Source of the DNA: an uncultured bacterium
Lineage (GTDB): Bacteria; Actinomycetota; UBA4738; HRBIN12
NCBI GenBank assembly: GCA_937881155.1
Contig: CALGFI010000037.1
Location: 1-30,579 of the forward strand
Length of the DNA: 30,579 nucleotides
Reading direction: 5' to 3'
Shown here in pieces: positions 8,752 through 17,048 of this stretch (the first letter of the stretch is position 1; each line of letters starts with the position of its first letter). The position numbers were made by a program, and so were the translations under genes. Under the pieces are notes generated by a model. It saw only the letters and a list, made by a program, of their open reading frames with translations. It was not told where the DNA came from and searched no databases.

Positions 8752-10164
8752 ATGGAGACAACACCCCAGGACAGGACCCGTCCGCGCCACGAAGCCGGGC
8801 ACGCCCACGCGGCGGAGCAGCCGTTCACCTATCCGCTCACGCGCCAGTACGCCGAGCCTGACTGGACCAGGATCCCCGGCTACCGCGAGGTCACGAAACA
8901 GGAGTGGGAGTCCGCGCAGTGGCAGCGCGCCCACACCGTGAAGAACCTGAACGAGCTCAAGCGGGCGCTCGGCGAGCTCCTCGACGACGAGCTCTACGCC
9001 GACATCGAGCGCGACCAGCGTGAGCGCGCCACGATGTCGATGCTCCTCCCTCCGCAGATGCTGAACACGATGGACTTCGCCGATCTCCGCGCCGATCCGG
9101 TCCGCCGGTACATGGCACCCGCGTTCAGCGATCGCGCGACCGAGTTTCCCTCACACCCGATGGCCTCACGCGACTCCTTGCACGAGGCCGACATGTGGGC
9201 CGTCGAGGGACTCACCCATCGCTACCCGACCAAGGTTCTCGCGGAGCTGATCCCGACCTGTCCGCAGTATTGCGGTCACTGCACGCGGATGGACCTCGTG
9301 GGCAACGACACCGAGCAATTCCTCAAGTACAAGTTCGAGGCGAAGCAGAACGAGCGCTGGGACGCGATGCTCGATTACCTGCGGCGCACGCCGAGCGTTC
9401 GCGACGTCGTTGTCTCCGGCGGCGACATGGCGAACGTCCCCATCAAACGGTTGCAGGAATGGCTCTTCCAGCTGCTCGACATCGAGAACGTTCGAGACGT
9501 TCGCATCGCCACGAAGGGCTTGATGGGCATCCCGCAGCACTTCCTCCAGGACGACGTGCTCGCCGGCTACGAGGCGATCGCCGAACGAGCGCACCAGCGC
9601 GGCGTCGAGGTGGCGATCCACACGCACGTGAACGCGGCGCAGCAGGTGACGCCGCTCGTCGGCAATGCCGTTCGGAAGCTGCTCGACATGGGCTACCGCG
9701 ACGTCCGCAACCAGGGAGTGCTGCTCCGCGGCGTGAACACGACCCCGAACCAGGTCCTCGAGCTCTGTTTCATGCTGCTCGATCACGCCAAGGTCATGCC
9801 CTACTACTTCTACATGTGCGACATGATCCCGAACAGCGAGCACTGGCGGCTTTCGGTATGGGAGGCGCAGGAGCTCCAGTTCGCGATCATGGGATACCTG
9901 CCGGGGTTCGCTACTCCTCGCTTCGTGTGCGACGTCCCGTTCGTCGGTAAGCGCTGGGTTCACATGGTGAGCGGATATGACCGCACGAAGGGGATCTCTC
10001 ACTGGCGCAAGAACTATCGGACGGGAATCGAGCACGACGACCCGGAGGCGCTCCAGCGCGAGTACGCCTATTACGACCCGATCTACACGCTCCCCGAGGA
10101 GGGTCAGGCTTACTGGCGCGAGTTTCTCGCGCGCGAACGAGGCCTCGAGCTCACCCCGGTCTGA
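8752..10164 (+). CDS. kamA: KamA-family radical SAM enzyme (lysine 2,3-aminomutase-like)
   Basis: HRYPTK, CPQYCGHCTR (CxxxCxxC), SGGD, NQGVLLRGVN, PYYFYMCD, and VCDVPFVGK with the likely PLP lysine. Confidence 0.88.
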   Translation: METTPQDRTRPRHEAGHAHAAEQPFTYPLTRQYAEPDWTRIPGYREVTKQEWESAQWQRAHTVKNLNELKRALGELLDDELYADIERDQRERATMSMLLPPQMLNTMDFADLRADPVRRYMAPAFSDRATEFPSHPMASRDSLHEADMWAVEGLTHRYPTKVLAELIPTCPQYCGHCTRMDLVGNDTEQFLKYKFEAKQNERWDAMLDYLRRTPSVRDVVVSGGDMANVPIKRLQEWLFQLLDIENVRDVRIATKGLMGIPQHFLQDDVLAGYEAIAERAHQRGVEVAIHTHVNAAQQVTPLVGNAVRKLLDMGYRDVRNQGVLLRGVNTTPNQVLELCFMLLDHAKVMPYYFYMCDMIPNSEHWRLSVWEAQELQFAIMGYLPGFATPRFVCDVPFVGKRWVHMVSGYDRTKGISHWRKNYRTGIEHDDPEALQREYAYYDPIYTLPEEGQAYWREFLARERGLELTPV

Positions 10165-10210
10165 CCGCACAATCCTGCCACTCCACAAGGGTGAGATAGG
10201 GTTCGCGGCC

Positions 10211-11578
10211 GTGCGCCGGATCTGGTTCCCGCTCGTACTCGCGCTGGTGTTCGCAATCCTCGCCGCGGCGTGCTCCTCAGACGACGAGCCGTTCGTGTGG
10301 GATCCGCTTCCGCCAGCCGACTACGGCACGGCGCCGGACCGCGTCGACGTCCGCGAGTTCGAGACGCTCACGCCGATCAAGCACGTCGTGTACGTGATCA
10401 AGGAGAACCGGACGTTCGACAACATGTTCGGGTTGTTCCCCGGCGCGAACGGCGTCAGCGTCGGTGTCGACCGCGGCGAGCAGCGGCCGCTCACGCGCGC
10501 TGCCGACGTACTGCCCACCGACATCAAGCACTGCTACCGGTGCGCGCTGGATGCATGGAACGAGGGCGCGATGGACGGGTTCGCCACGATCAGCGAGGCC
10601 GCGGACCAGTATGCGTACACGCAGTACCTGCCCGAGGATCTCCCCAACTACTGGCATTGGGCGACCGAATACGTCCTCGGCGACAACTTCTTCGCCAGCG
10701 CCCACGGCCCTTCGTTCCCGAACCACCTGTACACGATCGCCGCCCAGTCCGGCGGCGCGCACGAGAACCCCGGACAGAACCAGGTGCTGCTCCGCGAGCG
10801 ACACCGCAGGACCGGGCTGTTCAAGTCGTGGGGATGTGACGCGCTCGACACGGCCTACGTGAACATCGTCGACAGCGAGGGCGTCGAGAAACGCGTGCCG
10901 CCGTGCTTCGACTTCCTGACGGAGGGGGACCTGTTGTCCAACGCGGGGATCCCGTGGGCCTATTACGCGGCGACGCAGTACCAGAACGGCTACATCTGGT
11001 CGGCGTACGACGCCGTTCGCCACATCCGGGAGGACGAGAAGTACTGGGCCGAACACATCTTCCCGGTCGACCGGTTCGCCCGGCACGCGCGGGAGGGACT
11101 GCTCCCGCCGGTGACGTGGGTGACGCCGCGGTTCGAGGTATCCGAGCACCCCGAGTACAGCATGTGCCACGGCGAGAACTGGACGACGAGGATCGTGAAC
11201 GCCGTCATGGAGAGCCCGGACTGGGAGGACACCGCCATCTTCATCACCTGGGACGACTACGGCGGGTTCTACGACCACGTCCCGCCACCGCAGGTCGACG
11301 ACTTCGGGTTCGGGATCCGCGTGCCGCTGCTCATGATCTCGCCCTACGCGAAGCGCGGCTTCGTGTCGCACGAGCTCGGCGAGTTCTCGAGCGTTCTGCG
11401 GTTCATGGAGGACAACTGGGGATTGACGCAGCTCACGCACCGAGACCGCGAGGCGACGCCGCTCCTGTCGGCGTTCGACTTCGAGCAGGAGCCCCGGCCG
11501 CCCGATCCGCTCCCACTCCGCGCCGATTGTGAGGGTCTGAAGTTCCCGGATCCCCGCCGCTACGAGGGACCGGGGTGA
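10211..11578 (+). CDS. Phosphoesterase (AcpA/PlcH, phospholipase C family) lipoprotein
   Basis: Lipobox LAAAC; IKHVVYVIKENRTFD, GPSFPNHLY, WDDYGGFYDHV, GFGIRVP. Start GTG 10211 lies 8 nt after TAGGGT. Confidence 0.9.
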   Translation: MRRIWFPLVLALVFAILAAACSSDDEPFVWDPLPPADYGTAPDRVDVREFETLTPIKHVVYVIKENRTFDNMFGLFPGANGVSVGVDRGEQRPLTRAADVLPTDIKHCYRCALDAWNEGAMDGFATISEAADQYAYTQYLPEDLPNYWHWATEYVLGDNFFASAHGPSFPNHLYTIAAQSGGAHENPGQNQVLLRERHRRTGLFKSWGCDALDTAYVNIVDSEGVEKRVPPCFDFLTEGDLLSNAGIPWAYYAATQYQNGYIWSAYDAVRHIREDEKYWAEHIFPVDRFARHAREGLLPPVTWVTPRFEVSEHPEYSMCHGENWTTRIVNAVMESPDWEDTAIFITWDDYGGFYDHVPPPQVDDFGFGIRVPLLMISPYAKRGFVSHELGEFSSVLRFMEDNWGLTQLTHRDREATPLLSAFDFEQEPRPPDPLPLRADCEGLKFPDPRRYEGPG

Positions 11579-11580
11579 GC

Positions 11581-13209
11581 TCAGTCGAACGGTGAGCCGA
11601 TCGTCCGAAGGTACGGCCAACCCGCGCGGAAGTGTGCGGACGACGTTCCGTATGGGCATTCATCCCGGAGCGGGAGCACCAGCTTCTTGAACCTCGGATT
11701 CCCAAAGTCGAAGGCGCCGAGCAACGGATCCGCCTGCCCATCGCGCGCCGTCATCGGTTCGAGGCCGAACAGCTGCTCGATGAACGCCAGCACCGAGCTG
11801 AACTCGTAGGTCGTCTTGTCGACGTACCCGCCGTCGCGGCTTTCGCCGGACCGTGTGTACGGGCTGATGATGAGCGCCGGCGTGCGCGGGCCGAGACCCA
11901 TGATGTCCGTCTGCGGCGGAGGCACGGGGTCGTAGAACCCGCCGAAGTCGTCCCACACGATCACGATGGCCGTCGACTCCCAGTACTCGCTGTTCATGAT
12001 CGTGTTGACCTGGTGCACGGTCCAGTTCTCGCCGGCGCACACCGACTTCCCGCCTCCGGGATGCTCGTTGTAGGACTCGGACGGGACGATCCAGGAGACC
12101 TGCGGCATCTCGCCGGCGCGGACGTCCCGAACGAAGTTCTCGGGCGGCTGGACCTTCCTCCACATGGGGCCGCGTCGGACGTGGCGGATCATTTGTAGGG
12201 CATTCATCCATGAGTTCTCGTTCGCGTAGTACTTCCAGCTGATGCCGGCCCCCTCCAGCTGGTCGGGAAGCACCTCGATGTCGAAGCACAGACGGATGCT
12301 TCCCCAGTACTCGGCGAGGTCGTACGTGTTCGATCCGTTCGACGTGATGTCTCGTTCGAGCTCGAGGATCCGCTCCTCGTTCGCGCGCGCGGCCGGAGGG
12401 TTGAACCGTGTCGCGTACTCCGTGGTGTCGTCACAGTAGTTGCCCTCGTGATCCGTCGTCGACTTGTTGTCGACGATGTAGTTCGCCTGCGCCGCAACCG
12501 TGTACAGGTGTTCCGGCAGCGTCGGCCCGTACATCGACGTGAAGAAGTGATCGGCCAGCACGAATCGGTCGGCGTAGGCCCAGTAGTTGGGCAGTGTGTC
12601 GCGGTCGTGGTAGACGTACCCGGAGAGGTCGCGCCCGAATTCCGCCGCTCGGTCCCCCGACATCGGGATGACCCCGTTCATCCGGTTGAACCCGTTCATC
12701 TTCCCGCCGTTGATCGCAGTCAGGCCGCACCGGAAGCAATGCGTCAGGTCGTGCGGCTGCACGTCGGTCGCATGCCGGAGGCGGACGATCGGCCCATCGC
12801 TGCACCCGTCCTCGGTGCACTCGATCGTGCCGCCGAGCGTCGCACCCTCCGCGCCGGGATACGTCGCGAAGTAGTTGTTGAACGTTCGGTTCTCCTTGAC
12901 GATGAACACGACGTGCTCGATCGGCGTCTCGCCGGGCACGATCACCGTCGGCTCGGACCCGTCGCCGTTCCCGTCGGGAGGACCACTCGGCGACGGCCCG
13001 CCGTTGCCCGCGCCGTTCGGCGATGGAGCGACCGCCGACCCACCGTTCCCGTCCGGACGCCCCCAGGCCCAAACCATCACCGCCGTGAGCACGACGACGA
13101 CGACGACGAAGATCAGGAAACCGCGCCGGCGAGCGGCACGTCGTCGCTGGAAGCGGATGCGGCTTCGCGGCACGGGCACGCGGGAGCCGGGCCCGGGCGT
13201 GTAGCTCAC
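11581..13209 (-). CDS. Phosphoesterase (AcpA/PlcH family), N-terminally membrane-anchored paralogue
   Basis: Arg-rich N-terminus, then a TM segment and a Gly/Pro linker; IEHVVFIVKENRTFN, GPTLPEHLY, WDDFGGFYDPV, GLGPRTP. TAGGCT lies 6 nt before the GTG. Confidence 0.9.
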   Translation of the reverse strand: MSYTPGPGSRVPVPRSRIRFQRRRAARRRGFLIFVVVVVVLTAVMVWAWGRPDGNGGSAVAPSPNGAGNGGPSPSGPPDGNGDGSEPTVIVPGETPIEHVVFIVKENRTFNNYFATYPGAEGATLGGTIECTEDGCSDGPIVRLRHATDVQPHDLTHCFRCGLTAINGGKMNGFNRMNGVIPMSGDRAAEFGRDLSGYVYHDRDTLPNYWAYADRFVLADHFFTSMYGPTLPEHLYTVAAQANYIVDNKSTTDHEGNYCDDTTEYATRFNPPAARANEERILELERDITSNGSNTYDLAEYWGSIRLCFDIEVLPDQLEGAGISWKYYANENSWMNALQMIRHVRRGPMWRKVQPPENFVRDVRAGEMPQVSWIVPSESYNEHPGGGKSVCAGENWTVHQVNTIMNSEYWESTAIVIVWDDFGGFYDPVPPPQTDIMGLGPRTPALIISPYTRSGESRDGGYVDKTTYEFSSVLAFIEQLFGLEPMTARDGQADPLLGAFDFGNPRFKKLVLPLRDECPYGTSSAHFRAGWPYLRTIGSPFD

Positions 13210-13251
13210 GTCGAGAGCCTATCGTCGGGCGGCGACGGGACCGCCGCAGTA

Positions 13252-14505
13252 TCAGGAGCCGGGCGAACGCGCGTCCAACCAACCACCGTCGCGTTCGTGG
13301 CGGGCGGCGACGACCCCGGCAGCGATCGACAGTGCGATCTCATCGGGTGTCCGTCCGCCGAGATCAAGGCCGACCGGCGAACGGATCCGCCCCAGCTGCT
13401 CGTCGTCGAATCCGCGTTCACGAAGCTCCGCGACATACGGCCCAACGTGGCGGCGGCTCCCCATCACCCCGATGAACCGCGCGGGTGTACGCAGAGCATC
13501 GGAGAGCGAATCGGCGATCCCCGGCGCGTCGTGATCGGTGAAGATCACGTCGGTACGAGCGTCGAGGCGAGCCTCGGCGATCGAGGAGACCACCCGTCCG
13601 CCCGCGCGATCGTCGGCTCCGACCCGCTCCGCCCGTGGTTCGACGAGGATCGTCTCGTCGCCGAGACGAGCGGCATGACGCCGAAGCGCACGCGCGACGT
13701 CGGTTGCGGAGATCACGACGAGCCTTGACGTTCGGGGAGGCGGCTCGAAGAACACGAGCACTTCGCCGCTCTCGTGTCGGTACCGGCGCGTCTGCGGTTC
13801 ACCCGTCTTCGAGATCTCGGCCGCGTCTCGCACCGCCGCGTCGTCGAACTCCGCACAACCGAGCGTGCCGTGGACCTCGCCGCCGGGGACGATTCGCATC
13901 GAGTTGCCGACCTTGCACGGCGGCGCGCCCTCGACCTCGACGGCCCGGACGTCGACCCATGCACGTTCGTCGTCGTGCGCATCATGATCTGCGTGCCCCG
14001 TGGGGTGCTCGCCGGTTCGCCCGCCGAGCAGTTCGATCGCGTGCGGAACCACGGGGAGAACGGCCTCGAGGCCTTCGCGTACCCCCTTGGGGCTCCCCGG
14101 CAGGTTCAGGACGAGCGTCGAGCCGCGGCTCCCGGCGACGGCGCGAGAGAGCGCGGCGAGCGGCGTCTGTTCGAGTCCCGTTCGCCGCATCAGCTCGGCG
14201 AGCCCGGGCGCCTCGCGATCGATGACTGCCCGTGTCGCTTCGGGCGTCACGTCGCGGGGGCCGAACCCAGTTCCACCGGTCGTGACGACGAGGGCAGTCC
14301 GGTCTCGATCGCTCAGTTCGCGAATGGCGTCCTCGATCCGCTCGCGCTCGTCCGGCACGACGACGCGCCGGACCACGTCGAGGCCGTGCTCGGCGAGCAG
14401 GGACTGCGCGACGTCGCCGGACTCGTCGGTGCGCGTGCCGTGCGATACACCGTCGGACACCGTCACGACGGCCGCGGAGCGACGCGAGCGTTGCACGCGC
14501 CTCAT
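13252..14505 (-). CDS. MogA/MoaB-like molybdopterin adenylyltransferase fused to an XdhC/CoxI-family Moco chaperone domain
   Basis: N-half: VTVSD, VVPDE, TTGGTG, RDVTPEA, LNLPGSP. His-rich linker. C-half: [36 protein letters not shown]. One continuous frame; start at 14505 is uncertain. Confidence 0.85.
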   Translation of the reverse strand: MRRVQRSRRSAAVVTVSDGVSHGTRTDESGDVAQSLLAEHGLDVVRRVVVPDERERIEDAIRELSDRDRTALVVTTGGTGFGPRDVTPEATRAVIDREAPGLAELMRRTGLEQTPLAALSRAVAGSRGSTLVLNLPGSPKGVREGLEAVLPVVPHAIELLGGRTGEHPTGHADHDAHDDERAWVDVRAVEVEGAPPCKVGNSMRIVPGGEVHGTLGCAEFDDAAVRDAAEISKTGEPQTRRYRHESGEVLVFFEPPPRTSRLVVISATDVARALRRHAARLGDETILVEPRAERVGADDRAGGRVVSSIAEARLDARTDVIFTDHDAPGIADSLSDALRTPARFIGVMGSRRHVGPYVAELRERGFDDEQLGRIRSPVGLDLGGRTPDEIALSIAAGVVAARHERDGGWLDARSPGS

Positions 14506-14602
14506 CCTGTCAGAAAGGTCGGCCCGGACCGTCGACGGCACCACATCGCGGCCTCGCGCGGACTAGGTTCTGGTCGATGCCGATCCGAACGAGGAGGGAC
14601 CG

Positions 14603-14872
14603 ATGGAACGGTGGATCGACGAGCTCGCCGACGCGCTCGACGCCGAACGGCTGTCGAAGGACGAGGTCGCTCGGTTGCTCGGAGTGGCGCGCGACGTCGC
14701 TCATCGCGTCGAGCGCAAGGTGACGCCCCTCGCGACGTTCGTGCTCGGAGAGGCGGTGGGCAGGAGCGTGGCGGCGGGGACGGAACGCTCCGTCGCGCTC
14801 GACCAGGTCCTCGAGACGGCGAGCTCGCTGCTGCCGACGCCGTCCGAGGCGGAGGGCTCGCCGAACGAATGA
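14603..14872 (+). CDS. DUF6457-like small protein (Moco/MobA-associated)
   Basis: Strong SD GAGGAGG. The pattern W..EL..AL / LL..ARDVAH.VER...PLATF.LG resembles DUF6457 from memory, and the Moco gene context fits. Confidence 0.7.
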   Translation: MERWIDELADALDAERLSKDEVARLLGVARDVAHRVERKVTPLATFVLGEAVGRSVAAGTERSVALDQVLETASSLLPTPSEAEGSPNE

Positions 14873-14903
14873 GGCCCCCGCCCGGGTACGATGGCGAGAA
14901 CCC

Positions 14904-15929
14904 ATGAGCGTCCACCCGGCCCCGTCGGCCGCACCGTTCACCAACGAGCCGCTGCTGGATACGTTCGGCCGCGTCGCCGACGACCTACGGCTCTCGGTGA
15001 CCGACCGATGCAACTTCCGGTGCACGTACTGCATGCCGGCCGAGGGCCTGAAGTGGCTCCCGAAGGACGAGATCCTCTCGTTCGAGGAGCTGGCCCGGTT
15101 GCTGCGTCTGTTCGTCCGGCTCGGCGTCCGATCCGTCAAGGTGACCGGCGGCGAGCCGACGGTTCGCGCGGATCTTCCGTCGCTCGTGGCGATGCTTCGC
15201 GAGGCTGCGCCCGGCGTGGACATGTCGATGACGACGAACGGAGTGCTCCTCGACCGGCTGGCGCGCCCGCTGGCGGACTCGGGCCTCGACCGCGTGACGG
15301 TCTCGCTCGACTCGTTGCTCCGTCACCGGTTCGAGGAGATGACGCGGCGAGACGCGCTCGATCGCGTGCTCGCCGGGATCCGCGCGGCCGAGGACGCCGG
15401 CCTCGTGCCGATCAAGATCAACTGCGTGGTGATCGGCGGCACGAACGAGGACGAGGTCGTCGAGTTCGCTCGGTGGTCGCGCGAGCACGGGCACGCCGTT
15501 CGGTTCATCGAGTACATGCCGCTCGATGCCGAGCACGCGTGGGAGCGCGCGAAGGTCGTCCCGTCGGCGCGGATCCTCGAGGCGATCGACGCGGTGTACC
15601 CGCTCGTCGCCGATGGGCCCGATCACGAGCCCGCGACGAGCTACCGGTTCGCCGACGGCTCTGCCGGGGGGGTCGGCGTGATCGCCAGCGTCACCGAGCC
15701 GTTCTGCGACTCCTGTAACCGTCTTCGAATCACCGCCGAGGGGCAGCTGCGCGCGTGCCTGTTCGCGCTCGACGAGTCCGACCTACGAACTCCGATGCGC
15801 TCGGGCGCCGTTGACGAGGACCTCGAGGAGCTGATCCGCTCGAACGTGTGGGCGAAGTGGTCGGGGCACCGGATCAACCACCCCGACTTCGTGCAGCCCG
15901 AACGGAGCATGTCCGCGATCGGCGGCTGA
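14904..15929 (+). CDS. moaA: GTP 3',8-cyclase MoaA
   Basis: LRLSVTDRCNFRCTYCMP, TGGEP, TTNG, RFIEYMP, FCDSCNRLR...LRACLF, C-terminal IGG. Confidence 0.97.
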   Translation: MSVHPAPSAAPFTNEPLLDTFGRVADDLRLSVTDRCNFRCTYCMPAEGLKWLPKDEILSFEELARLLRLFVRLGVRSVKVTGGEPTVRADLPSLVAMLREAAPGVDMSMTTNGVLLDRLARPLADSGLDRVTVSLDSLLRHRFEEMTRRDALDRVLAGIRAAEDAGLVPIKINCVVIGGTNEDEVVEFARWSREHGHAVRFIEYMPLDAEHAWERAKVVPSARILEAIDAVYPLVADGPDHEPATSYRFADGSAGGVGVIASVTEPFCDSCNRLRITAEGQLRACLFALDESDLRTPMRSGAVDEDLEELIRSNVWAKWSGHRINHPDFVQPERSMSAIGG

Positions 15930-15945
15930 CAGCCGCCGGTCTGGT

Positions 15946-16656
15946 TCAGCCCTCCTGCACGCCCGCGAGCCGCGCGAGGCCCGAGATCTTCCGCAGCACG
16001 AAGCGCCGGCCGTCGCGCTCGACGTAGCCGCGTCGCTGGAGGTCCGAGAGGATCCGCGTGACGTTCTCCCGGCTGCCGCCGCACAGGCTCGCCAGGTCCG
16101 CGTGCGTCACCACCGAAGGAAGGACTGCGCCGTCGGGCGGGAGGTCGTCGAGCGACGGCGCCACGAGCTGCAGCAGCCGCTTGGCCACGCGTCCCTTGAG
16201 ATCGAGGAACAGCAGGTCTTCGACGAAGGCCTCGTGCGATTGCACCTGCCGCGCCAGCGCGCGGAGGATGGCCCGCGAGGCGGCCGACTCTTCCGTCACG
16301 AACTCGACGAAGGTGGGACCCTGGACCGTCCACACCGACGACTCCTCGAGCGCGAGCGCCGCGGCCGTGCGAGGCATGCCTCCGAGCACGCCGAGCTCGC
16401 CGAAGAACTGGGGACGGTCGAGCGTCGTGTGCAGCTGCCGGTGGCCGCTCGCCGAAAGGGAGCTGATCTCCACGCGGCCTTCCACGAGGAAGAAGACCTC
16501 GGGGGACTCGTCACCCTGGTGGAACAGGTACGTGTTCCGCCGGTACCTGCGGACCGAACCGCGGTCGGCGAGTCGCGCGATCGTCTCGGCCGAGGCGCCC
16601 TCGAACAGCGGGGTACTCGCCATCATCGCTTCGAGGCCCGACACGCCGACCGCCAT
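15946..16656 (-). CDS. Crp/Fnr-family transcriptional regulator (CRP-like)
   Basis: cNMP domain (LFHQGD, FGELGVL..MPRTA) and HTH THADLASLCGGSRENVTRIL. Start could be ATG 16656 (after TACGCT) or GTG 16683. Confidence 0.93.
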   Translation of the reverse strand: MAVGVSGLEAMMASTPLFEGASAETIARLADRGSVRRYRRNTYLFHQGDESPEVFFLVEGRVEISSLSASGHRQLHTTLDRPQFFGELGVLGGMPRTAAALALEESSVWTVQGPTFVEFVTEESAASRAILRALARQVQSHEAFVEDLLFLDLKGRVAKRLLQLVAPSLDDLPPDGAVLPSVVTHADLASLCGGSRENVTRILSDLQRRGYVERDGRRFVLRKISGLARLAGVQEG

Positions 16657-16705
16657 ACGGTCGTCAGCGTAGCCAGTCCGCACCTCCCCCGGGAGGCATC
16701 ACAAA

Positions 16706-16736
16706 GCAAGACCCGGGAACTCATCCCGGGTCTTGC
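16706..16736 (-). terminator. Intrinsic terminator of the small basic peptide gene
   Basis: Perfect 13-bp stem gcaagacccggga/tcccgggtcttgc with a 5-nt loop, followed by TTTGTG on the minus strand, 24 nt after the stop. Confidence 0.8.
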
Positions 16737-16760
16737 GAAACGGCGAGTGCGAACCGCGGC

Positions 16761-16889
16761 CTACTTGGCCGCCTTCCGCGCGCGCTTGGCCTTCCTCAGC
16801 CTCTTGGTCACCCGCGTCGCCGGCTCCGTCTTCGACGTCTTCGCCGTGGACTTCGTCGCCACCTTGGGAGTGATCTTCTTGTCCGCCAC
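16761..16889 (-). CDS. 42-aa Lys/Arg/Thr-rich peptide (candidate precursor or signalling peptide)
   Basis: SD GGAGGTGA-cgag-GTG at 16889. MADKKITPKVATKSTAKTSKTEPATRVTKRLRKAKRARKAAK. Codons are almost all G/C-ending (AAG, ACC, GCG), and the gene has its own promoter and terminator. Confidence 0.8.
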   Translation of the reverse strand: MADKKITPKVATKSTAKTSKTEPATRVTKRLRKAKRARKAAK

Positions 16890-16957
16890 CTCGTCACCTC
16901 CCCCGGGAGATCCGGCCCCTCCGATGAGGGGGGCTTCACCAGGAACGCTCGAGGCGC

Positions 16958-17048
16958 ATTTTGCGACGCCGAGCACGAGATCGATGTGTCGGCGGTCACC
17001 CACCCGGGCGTGACGTCGGTCACGGTTCCGATGTGACGGCCGTCACAT
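16958..17048 (-). promoter_or_regulatory. Crp-dependent promoter with three tandem Crp-like boxes
   Basis: TGTGTcggcggTCACC (16985-17000), CGTGAcgtcggTCACG (17009-17024) and a perfect TGTGAcggccgTCACA (17032-17047). Minus-strand -10-like CAAAAT at 16958-16963. Confidence 0.8.

Noticed and set aside
16890-17003. Longer 80-aa version of the basic peptide from the ORF track
   Set aside because: The extension spans the promoter and Crp-box region, and the strong SD sits directly before GTG 16889.
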